Positions 1 to 9,575 of a stretch of 64,000 nucleotides of DNA are shown here, piece after piece; within the stretch, counting starts at the first letter, position 1, and each line of letters starts with the position of its first letter. A program made the translations under genes and the position numbers. The stretch is taken from the NCBI GenBank assembly GCA_017532725.1, contig JAFXIZ010000072.1, forward strand, positions 9,956 through 73,955, in the 5' to 3' direction. Source of the DNA: Bacteroidaceae bacterium (GTDB taxonomy: Bacteria > Bacteroidota > Bacteroidia > Bacteroidales > Barnesiellaceae_A). The notes under the pieces are model-generated. The model did not search any database, had not been told where the DNA came from, and saw only the letters and a list, made by a program, of their open reading frames with translations.

Positions 1-363
<363 letters not shown>

Positions 364-390
364 TCCTTCGATTTTACGTTATAGTAGCAA

Positions 391-418
391 GCCTCGCACT
401 CGGTGCGAGGCTTTTTTT
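391..418 (+). terminator. rho-independent terminator after gap
   Basis: GC-rich hairpin gcctcgcac/gtgcgaggc (391-411) followed by a T7 run. Confidence 0.7.
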
Positions 419-596
419 ATGTACTACCTATGGCCGGTTGCTGCTTATATAATACTGCTCACACAAAGGGTCGATATGCAAACGCTTGTTATCGAATAAC
501 AATAATTATGTACTTAAATATTGTGTTATTGCAGAATATTATTTTCCTTTGCAATAAGTAAACATTGCAATAATCATAGAAATAGCAAGAAAATTT

Positions 597-1520
597 ATGT
601 ATTATCTCGAAGCAAAAAACATTGTCAAGCAATACGCCTCGCATAAGGCGCTTGATGATGTAACGATTCAGGTTCCCGAAAATTCTATTTACGGATTGTT
701 GGGGCCCAATGGCGCAGGTAAAACTACGCTTATACGCATTATCAATCATATAACAGGCCCCGATAGTGGCGAAGTGTACATCAATGGCCGATTGTCAGTG
801 CCTTCTGATGTAGAGCATATCGGATATCTGCCCGAGGAACGTGGACTTTACAAGAAAATGAAGGTGGGCGAGCAACTTATGTACCTTGCCCGATTGAAAG
901 GTCTGTCGCGCCTTGATGCCAAGGAGCGCATTAAGTATTGGTTGGGAAAATTCGATATCGCCGATTGGGATAAGAAGAAAGTTGAAGAGTTGTCGAAAGG
1001 TATGCAGCAAAAAATACAGTTTATCGCAACTGTGATACACCGTCCTCAACTACTTATCTTCGATGAGCCTTTCAGTGGATTTGACCCTGTTAACGCCAAT
1101 CTGTTGAAGAGAGAGATTCTCGAGTTGCGCAAAGAGGGTGCTACCATTATATTCTCGACACACAATATGAGTTCGGTCGAGGAGATATGCGATGAAATTA
1201 CCCTCATCAATCGTTCGCGCGTCGTGTTGCAAGGCGAGATTAACGGCATACGCCAATCGCATAAAAAGCATCTGTTTAAAGTCACATTCGCCAACGATGC
1301 TCGTATAGAGAGCAACCAACTATATGATGTGCTTGAGCAGAATGTTTTGGCCGGTCATAACACTGCCATTGTGCGCAAAAACAACGGTGCTATTACCAAC
1401 AACGAACTGATAACTGCCCTGATGCAACATAATGAACTCGCCACATTCGACGAGATATTGCCTTCGATGAACGAAATATTTATCGATACTGTGGGCGAGA
1501 ATACAAATGCAACGGTTTAA
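597..1520 (+). CDS. ABC transporter ATP-binding protein (ABC-2/NatA-like exporter subunit)
   Basis: Walker A GPNGAGKTT, signature LSKGMQQK, Walker B LLIFDEP. The ABC-2 permease gene starts 20 nt downstream. Confidence 0.9.
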   Translation: MYYLEAKNIVKQYASHKALDDVTIQVPENSIYGLLGPNGAGKTTLIRIINHITGPDSGEVYINGRLSVPSDVEHIGYLPEERGLYKKMKVGEQLMYLARLKGLSRLDAKERIKYWLGKFDIADWDKKKVEELSKGMQQKIQFIATVIHRPQLLIFDEPFSGFDPVNANLLKREILELRKEGATIIFSTHNMSSVEEICDEITLINRSRVVLQGEINGIRQSHKKHLFKVTFANDARIESNQLYDVLEQNVLAGHNTAIVRKNNGAITNNELITALMQHNELATFDEILPSMNEIFIDTVGENTNATV

Positions 1521-1540
1521 TGTGATTAAATGTACAGATT

Positions 1541-2869
1541 ATGAGTAAAATACCTCTTATTATAGAAAGCGAATATATGTCGCGTGTGAGAAAGAAATCG
1601 TTTCTTGTTATGACGCTGCTCACACCCATACTTATGGTATTGCTGTGTTGCATACCGGCATTTATAACACTCTTCTCGGGTGCCGATATGCGCAATGTTA
1701 CTGTTGTTGACCAAACAGGGCTGTATAAGGATGTGTATCAAAGTAATGATGAATATACATACACTTATCTCAACATCGAAACTACTGCCGAGCAGATGCG
1801 CTCGGATGTAGAGCCTTATGCATACATCGTTATTACGGATAACTTGCTGAATAATGCCAATGCGATGACCATATATTCGCACAAGCAAACGACTGCTACT
1901 TTCGAAATGGATGTGGTGGATCGTATGGAGGAGTATCTGCGTGAGGAGAAACTTGCCTCGTTCGATATTCCCAACTTGCAACAAATTATCGACGAAAGCG
2001 ATGTTGATATAAATGTAAGTTCTATCCGATTCGATGATGAGGGCGAAACACAAACCTCGGCCGGACTTGCTACCATAGTGGGTATGATATCGACATTCCT
2101 CATCTATATGTTCCTCTTTATGTATGGCAGTATGGTGATGTCGAGTGTGATGCAGGAAAAGACCAACCGTATTGTCGAGGTGATGGTTTCGTCGGTTAAG
2201 CCCTTCGAACTGATGCTGGGTAAAATTATCAGTGTGGGACTTGTGGGCTTGACGCAGATAGGTATCTGGGTGTTGCTTATCGTTGGCTTGGGCTTGGGTG
2301 TGAGTGTGGCCTTCGGCATACCTTTGGTGGCCGGCAACGAGGCCGAGGTGTTGGCGCAAGCATCCAATATGGGTGGTATGAATACACCGATGGGTACCGA
2401 AATAGACCCCGATATGCTCGAGGCAATGCAGACATTGGCCGGTATTGACTTTACACAGATTGTCGTATGTCTTATCCTTTACTTCATAGGTGGATATGTG
2501 CTATATGCCTCTCTCTTTGCTGCTATTGGCTCGGCTGTTGATAATGAGGCCGATACCAACCAATTTATGATACCTATTACGGTGATAATTCTCTTTGCAT
2601 TCTATGTAGGTGTATTCAGTGCCGAAAATCCCGAAGGTGGTATGGCTTGGTGGTGTTCGATGATACCCTTCACATCGCCTATCGTGATGATGGTGCGCAT
2701 ACCCTTTGGCGTGGCAATATGGGAGATTATTCTATCACTCGTTCTCTTGTTTGCCTCATCGATAGGTATGACTTGGGTGGCTGCCCGTATATATAGGGTG
2801 GGTATCTTGCTCTATGGCAAGAAGCCTTCGTACAAGGAACTCTTCAAGTGGATAAAATATAAAGCCTGA
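1541..2869 (+). CDS. ABC-2 family transporter permease (NatB/YhaP-like)
   Basis: 442 aa with one N-terminal TM segment, a large extracytoplasmic loop and a C-terminal cluster of about 5 TM segments. Operonic with the ATPase. Confidence 0.8.
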   Translation: MSKIPLIIESEYMSRVRKKSFLVMTLLTPILMVLLCCIPAFITLFSGADMRNVTVVDQTGLYKDVYQSNDEYTYTYLNIETTAEQMRSDVEPYAYIVITDNLLNNANAMTIYSHKQTTATFEMDVVDRMEEYLREEKLASFDIPNLQQIIDESDVDINVSSIRFDDEGETQTSAGLATIVGMISTFLIYMFLFMYGSMVMSSVMQEKTNRIVEVMVSSVKPFELMLGKIISVGLVGLTQIGIWVLLIVGLGLGVSVAFGIPLVAGNEAEVLAQASNMGGMNTPMGTEIDPDMLEAMQTLAGIDFTQIVVCLILYFIGGYVLYASLFAAIGSAVDNEADTNQFMIPITVIILFAFYVGVFSAENPEGGMAWWCSMIPFTSPIVMMVRIPFGVAIWEIILSLVLLFASSIGMTWVAARIYRVGILLYGKKPSYKELFKWIKYKA

Positions 2870-2873
2870 TGAT

Positions 2874-3290
2874 ATGAAGCGTATTCTATTATTTGTGGCA
2901 ATGGTATTGACTGTGCTTGCTCTTGCGACTGCGTGCAAGAGTAAGCAAGCAGTCGCCTCGGGCTTGCCTGCGTGGCTGCAAGAGAAGGTAACCACGCTCA
3001 ATGAGCGTTATAGCGAGATAACACGCTACGAAATGGATGGCACAACCTATTATGCCGTCTTTGTGAAAGGCCCTGAAAAGTCGTTCGATATGAATCGTAC
3101 TACCATATACGATGCCAACGGTGAGGTGTACCTGTTGCTGGGTGGCCTGCGTAAGAAGAGCGATAAAGAGAATCAATTTTTTCGCAATGCCATAAATAAA
3201 GGCATCGTGTGGCAATCGGATGTTGTCAAAGAGAAAAATCGTACACTTGAGGTGGATATGCAAATGACCACCCCCGACAGCCATAAATGA
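2874..3290 (+). CDS. small lipoprotein, function unknown (third gene of the ABC-2 operon)
   Basis: Signal peptide plus lipobox (LALATAC). Starts 4 nt after the permease stop. Confidence 0.6.
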   Translation: MKRILLFVAMVLTVLALATACKSKQAVASGLPAWLQEKVTTLNERYSEITRYEMDGTTYYAVFVKGPEKSFDMNRTTIYDANGEVYLLLGGLRKKSDKENQFFRNAINKGIVWQSDVVKEKNRTLEVDMQMTTPDSHK

Positions 3291-3370
3291 TGTGATGAGG
3301 CCGGCGTCTATATATAGGCGAGGCTTCTTAATGACGGTGAGTGAGGCAAGTACCTCTACCGAATAAAACA

Positions 3371-3398
3371 AGAGAGCAATCCACACGGATTGCTCTCT
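3371..3398. terminator. perfect 12-bp stem hairpin between convergent genes (probable bidirectional terminator)
   Basis: agagagcaatcc-acac-ggattgctctct. On the minus strand it is followed by tgttttatt. Confidence 0.5.
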
Positions 3399-3593
3399 CC
3401 CATTTACCCCACTTCTCAGTGGCATTTGGCATTATGAAACTGAATTTACTCTTTTTGCTTTTGTTGCAAGACAAAGATACAAGACATTTGCCAAAATTTA
3501 CAAGAAAAACACTCTTTTTTATAGTTATAATTTGTAAATGCGATTGGCTGTTTTTTTGAATAATGTTTATATGTCGAGCCGGTAAAATGGTAT

Positions 3594-4721
3594 TTAACCC
3601 ATTCTGCCCTTATAGTCTTGGTAGGTGTAATGTTTCCATATTTCTACATCGCCATTGGTTTTTATTACAGCCAATGAGGGATGTGGCACGCCGTTGAACA
3701 TCGTTGTCTTTACAATCGTGTAGTGTATCATATCTTCAAAAATGATGCGTTCGCCTATCTGCAACGGGTGGTCAAAACTCCAATCGCCCACAAAGTCGCC
3801 ACTGAGGCAGGAGTTACCTCCCATACGGTAGTTGTAGGGTAGGACATCGGCCTCTTCGGCACCCCGAATAGCCGGCTTGTAAGGCATCTCAAGGCAGTCG
3901 GGCATATGGCAGGCAAATGAGGCATCGAGAATGGCTGTCTTGATACCGTGATTTTCCACAATATCTACTACGGTGGTGTGCAGTGTGCCTGTTTGCCAAG
4001 CAAAGGCACTGCCGGGCTCCATAATGATATGTAGGTGTGGATGACGTGAACGGAATTCGGTGAGTATCTTTATAAGATGTTCGGTATCATATCCTTGTCG
4101 TGTCATTAAGTGACCACCTCCCATATTGAGCCATTTTATTTGCGACAGCCAAGGGGCAAAACGCTTCTCAACAACGGCAAGCGTGCGTTCAAGGTCGTAT
4201 GATGTCGATTCGCATAGCGTGTGGAAGTGCAGTCCCTCAATTCCGGCAGGCAGTTTCTCGGGCAGGAGGTCGGCAACAACACCCAATCGTGAGCCGGGTG
4301 CGCAAGGGTTGTATAGGTCGGTTTCTACATCGGAGAACTCGGGGTTGATGCGCAGTCCACACGATATGTGGCGTTCGTAGGCCTCGACACGGGGTATAAA
4401 TCGCTCAAATTGTGTCAGCGAGTTGAACGTAATGTGGCTGCTGTATCGCAGTATGTCGTCGAATGTTTCATCGGTGTAGGCCGGTGAGTAGGTGTGAGCC
4501 AAGCAGCCCAACTCCTCGTAGGCGAGTCGGGCTTCGTGTATCGAACTTGCTGTCGAGGTGGGGATATATTCGCGTACGATAGGGAAGGCTTCCCACAGGG
4601 CAAATGCCTTGAATGCAAGTATGATTTCGACTCCGGCGCGTTCCTTTACCGACTTGATGAGGGCAAGGTTGCGACGCAACAGCGACTCCTCGAGAACATA
4701 ACAGGGTGATGGTATTTGCAT
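3594..4721 (-). CDS. nspC: carboxynorspermidine decarboxylase
   Basis: MQIPSPCYVLEESLLRRNL... with the typical NspC length and motifs (LNMGGGH). Start moved to the internal ATG at 4721, because the 4817 start would overlap the upstream helicase gene. Confidence 0.85.
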   Translation of the reverse strand: MQIPSPCYVLEESLLRRNLALIKSVKERAGVEIILAFKAFALWEAFPIVREYIPTSTASSIHEARLAYEELGCLAHTYSPAYTDETFDDILRYSSHITFNSLTQFERFIPRVEAYERHISCGLRINPEFSDVETDLYNPCAPGSRLGVVADLLPEKLPAGIEGLHFHTLCESTSYDLERTLAVVEKRFAPWLSQIKWLNMGGGHLMTRQGYDTEHLIKILTEFRSRHPHLHIIMEPGSAFAWQTGTLHTTVVDIVENHGIKTAILDASFACHMPDCLEMPYKPAIRGAEEADVLPYNYRMGGNSCLSGDFVGDWSFDHPLQIGERIIFEDMIHYTIVKTTMFNGVPHPSLAVIKTNGDVEIWKHYTYQDYKGRMG

Positions 4722-4749
4722 ATTGATAGCGTATTTATTGATTTTGAAT

Positions 4750-7074
4750 TTATAGTATTGTAAATTTTGCGAACTTAAGCAGCAACTGTTTGCGACCAAC
4801 GTTGTCGAAGGTGACACTTACCTTGCAGTTGTCGCCTGCGCCTTCTATTGCCTCGACAGTGCCTAACCCGAATCGGTCGTGGCGAATGCGCGCTCCCACA
4901 AGCAATGTCCCTGCTGCCGATGCCACGCTGCTGTGTTGTGCCGATGTGTCGGGGTGCTTGTCGGCTGTTACTATGCGACGCGAGTTTTCGATGGGTCGCA
5001 TATTCGATGGCTTTGTGGGGGCTATGAATTCGTGTTCGTGCATATCGAATCTGCTGCGCCAAGGTGTTTCGTTGTAGCGCGATTCTGATGCCGATACCGG
5101 AGCGTTGTCGTGCTTGTCGACATACTTCGAACTGAGGTCTTTGATAAATCGGCTGGGGCGACAACTATTGGTCTTGCCGTTGCGAAAACGTGTTTGTGTG
5201 TATGTGAGTATGCAGTTTTCTTGTGCGCGCGTAATGGCTACATAGAGCAATCGGCGTTCCTCCTCAATTTGTTGCAGGCTCTCTACACACATAGCCGAGG
5301 GGAACAAGTCCTCCTCAAGACCGGTGATAATTACGTTGCGAAACTCCAATCCCTTGGCCGAGTGGATAGTCATAAGTGTTATCTTGTCGTTATCATCTTC
5401 ATCGCCCTTGTCTTGGTCGGTGATGAGCGATATTTCGGCAAGAAAGTCCGACAATGTTGTCGATTCGATTCCCTCCTCCTCACGCTGCGTGTAGAACGCT
5501 TGCACGCCATTGAGCAACTCTTGGATGTTCTCTTGTCGGCTTATATTCTCGGGCGTGTCGGATGAATATATATCGGTAATGATGCCCGATAGTCGTATGA
5601 TGTGTTCCACCAAGTCGTATATCGACATCTTGGTGCTTGCGTCGATAAAGCCTTGTATCAAATCGCGAAAATGGGTGAGTTTGGCGCGAGTGCCGGCATT
5701 GACGGCCAAGTTGTACTCGAGAGGTTGCGACAGTACCTGCCACACTCCTACGTTGTGCAGTTGTGCGCAGGATAGTATCTTGCCCACAGTCGTTTCGCCT
5801 ATACCTCGTGCCGGGTAGTTAACCACGCGCTTGAAGGCCTCCTCGTCGTTGGGGTTGATGGTAAGGCGCATATATGCCACGGCATCTTTTATCTCCTTGC
5901 GTTGGTAGAATGATAGTCCACCATATATGCGATAGGGCATATTGCGCTTGCGCAGAGCCTCCTCAAGTACACGCGACTGCGCATTGGTGCGATAGAGTAT
6001 GGCAAAGTCGTTGTAGGGCGTCGTGTTCAGCAAGTGCATCTCTTTGATGCGATTGGCTACGAGGTAAGCCTCATCATAGTCGGAGTATGATGAGTAGAGT
6101 GCCACCTTGCTGCCTCGTTCATTCTTCGAGAATACACGTTTCTCTATCTGTTCTTTGTTCTTGCTTATGAGGCTGTTGGCTGCATCGACAATATTTTGTG
6201 TGGAGCGATAGTTTTGTTCCAACTTGTTGATGTGTAGGTCTTTATATTCATTCTTAAGGTTGAGTATATTGCCTATATTGGCACCTCGGAATGAGTAAAT
6301 ACTCTGCGCATCATCGCCCACAACACACAATCGACCGTGGTCGCGGCACAACTGATTGACTATGAGGTGTTGCGAGAAGTTGGTGTCTTGATACTCATCT
6401 ACCAGCACATAGCGAAACAGGTCGCGATACTTTTGTGCCACATCGGGGTGATCGCGAAAGAGGATGTTGGTATATAGCAGCAAGTCGTCAAAGTCCATTG
6501 CTCCGGCACGGAAGCAACGCTCCCAATAGGTGCGATATATATTGTGCATCATTGGGCGTTTCTGCTCGTCGTCCATCTTGCGCAACTCGCGGTTGGAGGT
6601 ATATGACGACGGCGTGATAAGGGCATTCTTGGCATTCGATATGATGCTCTGTACCGTTGCCGGCTTGTATAACTTGTCGTCGAGTTGCATCTCCTTGATG
6701 ATAGTCTTCAGGAGCGAACGCGAATCGGCAGTGTCGTAAATGGTAAAGTCCTTGCGAAACCCCAATCGCTCGGCGTTGGCGTGCAGTATGCGCGAGAAGA
6801 TTGAGTGGAATGTTCCCATCCACAGGCGTGATGCCGTGTCACGGCCTACCAATTGGGCTATACGTCCTTTCATTTCGTTGGCAGCCTTGATGGTAAATGT
6901 GAGCGCAAGTATGCGCCAAGGCTCATAGCCTTGCGATAGCAGATAGGCTATCTTGTATGTGAGTACGCGAGTCTTGCCCGAGCCGGCTCCCGCAATGACC
7001 AATTGGGGGCCGTCGGTGTATAAAACGGCTTCGCGTTGTGCTGTATTGAGGTTTTGTAAGAGTTCTTGTTCCAC
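4750..7074 (-). CDS. ATP-dependent DNA helicase, UvrD/PcrA/Rep family
   Basis: Walker A AGAGSGKT, motifs DEYQDTN, TIHSAKGLEF and VAITRA, plus a C-terminal Tudor-like tail. Confidence 0.9.
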   Translation of the reverse strand: MEQELLQNLNTAQREAVLYTDGPQLVIAGAGSGKTRVLTYKIAYLLSQGYEPWRILALTFTIKAANEMKGRIAQLVGRDTASRLWMGTFHSIFSRILHANAERLGFRKDFTIYDTADSRSLLKTIIKEMQLDDKLYKPATVQSIISNAKNALITPSSYTSNRELRKMDDEQKRPMMHNIYRTYWERCFRAGAMDFDDLLLYTNILFRDHPDVAQKYRDLFRYVLVDEYQDTNFSQHLIVNQLCRDHGRLCVVGDDAQSIYSFRGANIGNILNLKNEYKDLHINKLEQNYRSTQNIVDAANSLISKNKEQIEKRVFSKNERGSKVALYSSYSDYDEAYLVANRIKEMHLLNTTPYNDFAILYRTNAQSRVLEEALRKRNMPYRIYGGLSFYQRKEIKDAVAYMRLTINPNDEEAFKRVVNYPARGIGETTVGKILSCAQLHNVGVWQVLSQPLEYNLAVNAGTRAKLTHFRDLIQGFIDASTKMSIYDLVEHIIRLSGIITDIYSSDTPENISRQENIQELLNGVQAFYTQREEEGIESTTLSDFLAEISLITDQDKGDEDDNDKITLMTIHSAKGLEFRNVIITGLEEDLFPSAMCVESLQQIEEERRLLYVAITRAQENCILTYTQTRFRNGKTNSCRPSRFIKDLSSKYVDKHDNAPVSASESRYNETPWRSRFDMHEHEFIAPTKPSNMRPIENSRRIVTADKHPDTSAQHSSVASAAGTLLVGARIRHDRFGLGTVEAIEGAGDNCKVSVTFDNVGRKQLLLKFAKFTIL

Positions 7075-7122
7075 GTTATGTCGTTGGTTGTAGCCTGTTT
7101 AAAGGGTTGTTGCGATACTGTG

Positions 7123-8487
7123 TTATTTGAGGAATTTTTTTACCAATCGTAGTTTGTCACGATAGGGGGCGCACTTGATATCCAAGTATAATCGGGTGGT
7201 AGTCTTTACCACCGACTTGGCGTGGCTGAATGTTTCGAAACTGTGCTTGCCGTGGTAGCATCCTATGCCACTTGCTCCCACGCCACCGAAGGGTAGTCGG
7301 TTGTTGGCAACGTGTACAACGGTGTCGTTGATGCATATACCACCCGACTCGGTGTGATTGATGATATATCGGGCTTGCTTCTTGCTCTGCGTGAAGTAGT
7401 AGAGTGCCAACGGGGTGGGGCGTGTGTTGATGTACTCTACGCAGTCGTCTATATCGTCGAAAGGTATGATGGGTAGGATAGGCCCGAAAATCTCGGTAGT
7501 GAGCAGGGGCGATGTCTCTGCAACGTCGGTAATGAGCGTGGGGGCTATGTACCGTTGCTCACGGTTGGTTGCGCCTCCCGATATGATTGTTCCATCGCCG
7601 AGCATTGCCGACAAACGGTCGAAGTGACGCAAGTTCACTATGCGAGGGTAGTCGGGGCTTTCGATGGGGTTTTCGCCATATTGGTTTCTAATCTCTTGTT
7701 GGAGTAACTCAATGAAACGCTCCTTGACCGATGTGTGCAACATCAGGTAGTCGGGGGCGACGCACGTCTGCCCACAGTTGACAAGTTTGCCCCATATAAT
7801 GCGTCGTGCAGCAGTGCGCAGGTCGGCATCTTTATCGACTATACAAGGCGTCTTGCCTCCGAGTTCGAGTGTTACGGGTGTGAGGTGTCGTGCTGCAGCC
7901 TCCATAACGTGCTTGCCGTACTCCTCGCCACCGGTGTAGAAGATGTAGTCCCATTGCAGTTTCAGTAGTTCCTCGGTGATGCTGTTGTCGGGTAATGTGG
8001 CTGCAATGTATTCATCTTCATAGCACTCATCTATAATCTTCTTGATTACGGTAGCCGTGTGAGGAGCATCGGCCGAGGGCTTGACAACGGCACAGTTGCC
8101 GGCTGCAATGGCACCGATAAGGGGCGACAATGCGAGTTGCAAAGGATAGTTCCAAGGGGCTATGATAAGTACAACACCACGAGGCTCGTAGTGTATGCTG
8201 CTGCGAGAGCCGAAGAGGGTAATGGGGGTCGATACGCGACGGTCGGCACTCCATTGGCGCAGGTTGTTCTGCATATAACTTATTTCGTTGAGCAGGATGC
8301 CTATCTCGGTGGCATAACTCTCAAATGCCGATTTACCCAAGTCGCTTTGTAACGCATCGGTCAACTCCTGTTCGTGGTCTTTTATCCCTTCACGAAGGCG
8401 ATCTAATGCCGTGAGTCGGTAGGGCAACTCGCGTGTGATATGCTCTACATAAAAGAGGCGTTGGCGTTGGTGTAAATCGGAGTACAT
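7123..8487 (-). CDS. NAD(P)-dependent aldehyde dehydrogenase (ALDH3-like)
   Basis: ELGGKTP and catalytic Cys motif CGQTCVAPD; 454 aa. Confidence 0.9.
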   Translation of the reverse strand: MYSDLHQRQRLFYVEHITRELPYRLTALDRLREGIKDHEQELTDALQSDLGKSAFESYATEIGILLNEISYMQNNLRQWSADRRVSTPITLFGSRSSIHYEPRGVVLIIAPWNYPLQLALSPLIGAIAAGNCAVVKPSADAPHTATVIKKIIDECYEDEYIAATLPDNSITEELLKLQWDYIFYTGGEEYGKHVMEAAARHLTPVTLELGGKTPCIVDKDADLRTAARRIIWGKLVNCGQTCVAPDYLMLHTSVKERFIELLQQEIRNQYGENPIESPDYPRIVNLRHFDRLSAMLGDGTIISGGATNREQRYIAPTLITDVAETSPLLTTEIFGPILPIIPFDDIDDCVEYINTRPTPLALYYFTQSKKQARYIINHTESGGICINDTVVHVANNRLPFGGVGASGIGCYHGKHSFETFSHAKSVVKTTTRLYLDIKCAPYRDKLRLVKKFLK

Positions 8488-8528
8488 ATTATTGTAGTTG
8501 TTTTTATGTTATGATATATTGGTTAAGA

Positions 8529-8574
8529 GAGGGCGTATCAAAATTCAGGTAATTTTCAATTTTGATACACCCTC
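8529..8574. terminator. 17-bp stem hairpin downstream of the DUF1460 gene
   Basis: gagggcgtatcaaaatt / aattttgatacaccctc with one mismatch. No strong T tract on the minus strand. Confidence 0.45.
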
Positions 8575-8610
8575 CTTTTATTAACAAATCCCCAATGAGT
8601 ATAGGCTTGC

Positions 8611-9474
8611 TTACAATCGTATGATGCGAATGCCTGTTGCTGCTTTTTGTGCTGCAAGGTAGTTGTATAGTGGTGCAGTGTCTATTAAGACAGCCTTACC
8701 CTTCGATGATGCGTGTAGCAAGTAGGGGCGTGAGTTCTTTGTTACGATAATTCCCATATGGGTCACATCAAGACCTTTTGTCGATGTGGTTATCAGCACA
8801 ATGTCGCCCTCTTTCAGTTGCTTTTGGGCTGTTGTGCTTGATAATACGTTTGTAGGAATATAGTAGTTGCTGTAAAGTGAGCATTTCTTCTCTATCTCTT
8901 TTATCTCTTGGTAGGCAGTGTCGTTATTGACCAAGGCCGGATAACTGCGACGATGCATCGACATATAATTGATAGACTTTTGCTGCTTGGTGGCACGAGG
9001 AAGTTTGTCGGTCACTTCGTAGAAATTGCCACGCGCCACATTGTCGGCTACCCAATCGCTTGCGTAGTGCAAGCGCGAGGTGTATCCACCGACAATACCG
9101 TTGCGATAGCGTATGTCGCGCAGGTTGTCGATAAAGTCTTGCACTGTAGCCGTGTCGATGGCAGCAGTTTGAGCAAGGGCTATAACATTCTCGACAAAGG
9201 TTGTGCAGTCGAGTTGCGACAGGTTGATGGTGAGTTGTTCGGTATCTCCCTCGAGGGTGGCTGCTTCGTAGGGTGTGCCTATAAATTGCTTGGCTATAAA
9301 TACCACGCGCTCGGCAGGTGTCTTGAGCGAGGCTTTGCGACTCTTATTCAAGATGTCGTTTATAGTGGCTGTATCGGTGGCCTGATGGTGGTAGCGTACG
9401 CTATCGGGGGTGGCTGCTACTGCATTAATGGCTATCGCGATTGTTGCTATAATGCTGAAAATAAACTTCTTCAT
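8611..9474 (-). CDS. secreted DUF1460 family protein (N-acetylmuramoyl-L-alanine amidase-like fold)
   Basis: Signal peptide MKKFIFSIIATIAIAINAVA. FIGTPYEAATLEG...LDCTTFVENVIAL is the characteristic DUF1460 block. Confidence 0.7.
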   Translation of the reverse strand: MKKFIFSIIATIAIAINAVAATPDSVRYHHQATDTATINDILNKSRKASLKTPAERVVFIAKQFIGTPYEAATLEGDTEQLTINLSQLDCTTFVENVIALAQTAAIDTATVQDFIDNLRDIRYRNGIVGGYTSRLHYASDWVADNVARGNFYEVTDKLPRATKQQKSINYMSMHRRSYPALVNNDTAYQEIKEIEKKCSLYSNYYIPTNVLSSTTAQKQLKEGDIVLITTSTKGLDVTHMGIIVTKNSRPYLLHASSKGKAVLIDTAPLYNYLAAQKAATGIRIIRL

Positions 9475-9575
9475 AATTGATATTATAATTATTGTTTTGT
9501 TGTGAGTATGGGAACAAAAGTAATAAAGAATTATGATATTTCAAAGTGAAAAATGGTGTCATAACCCACAAAATA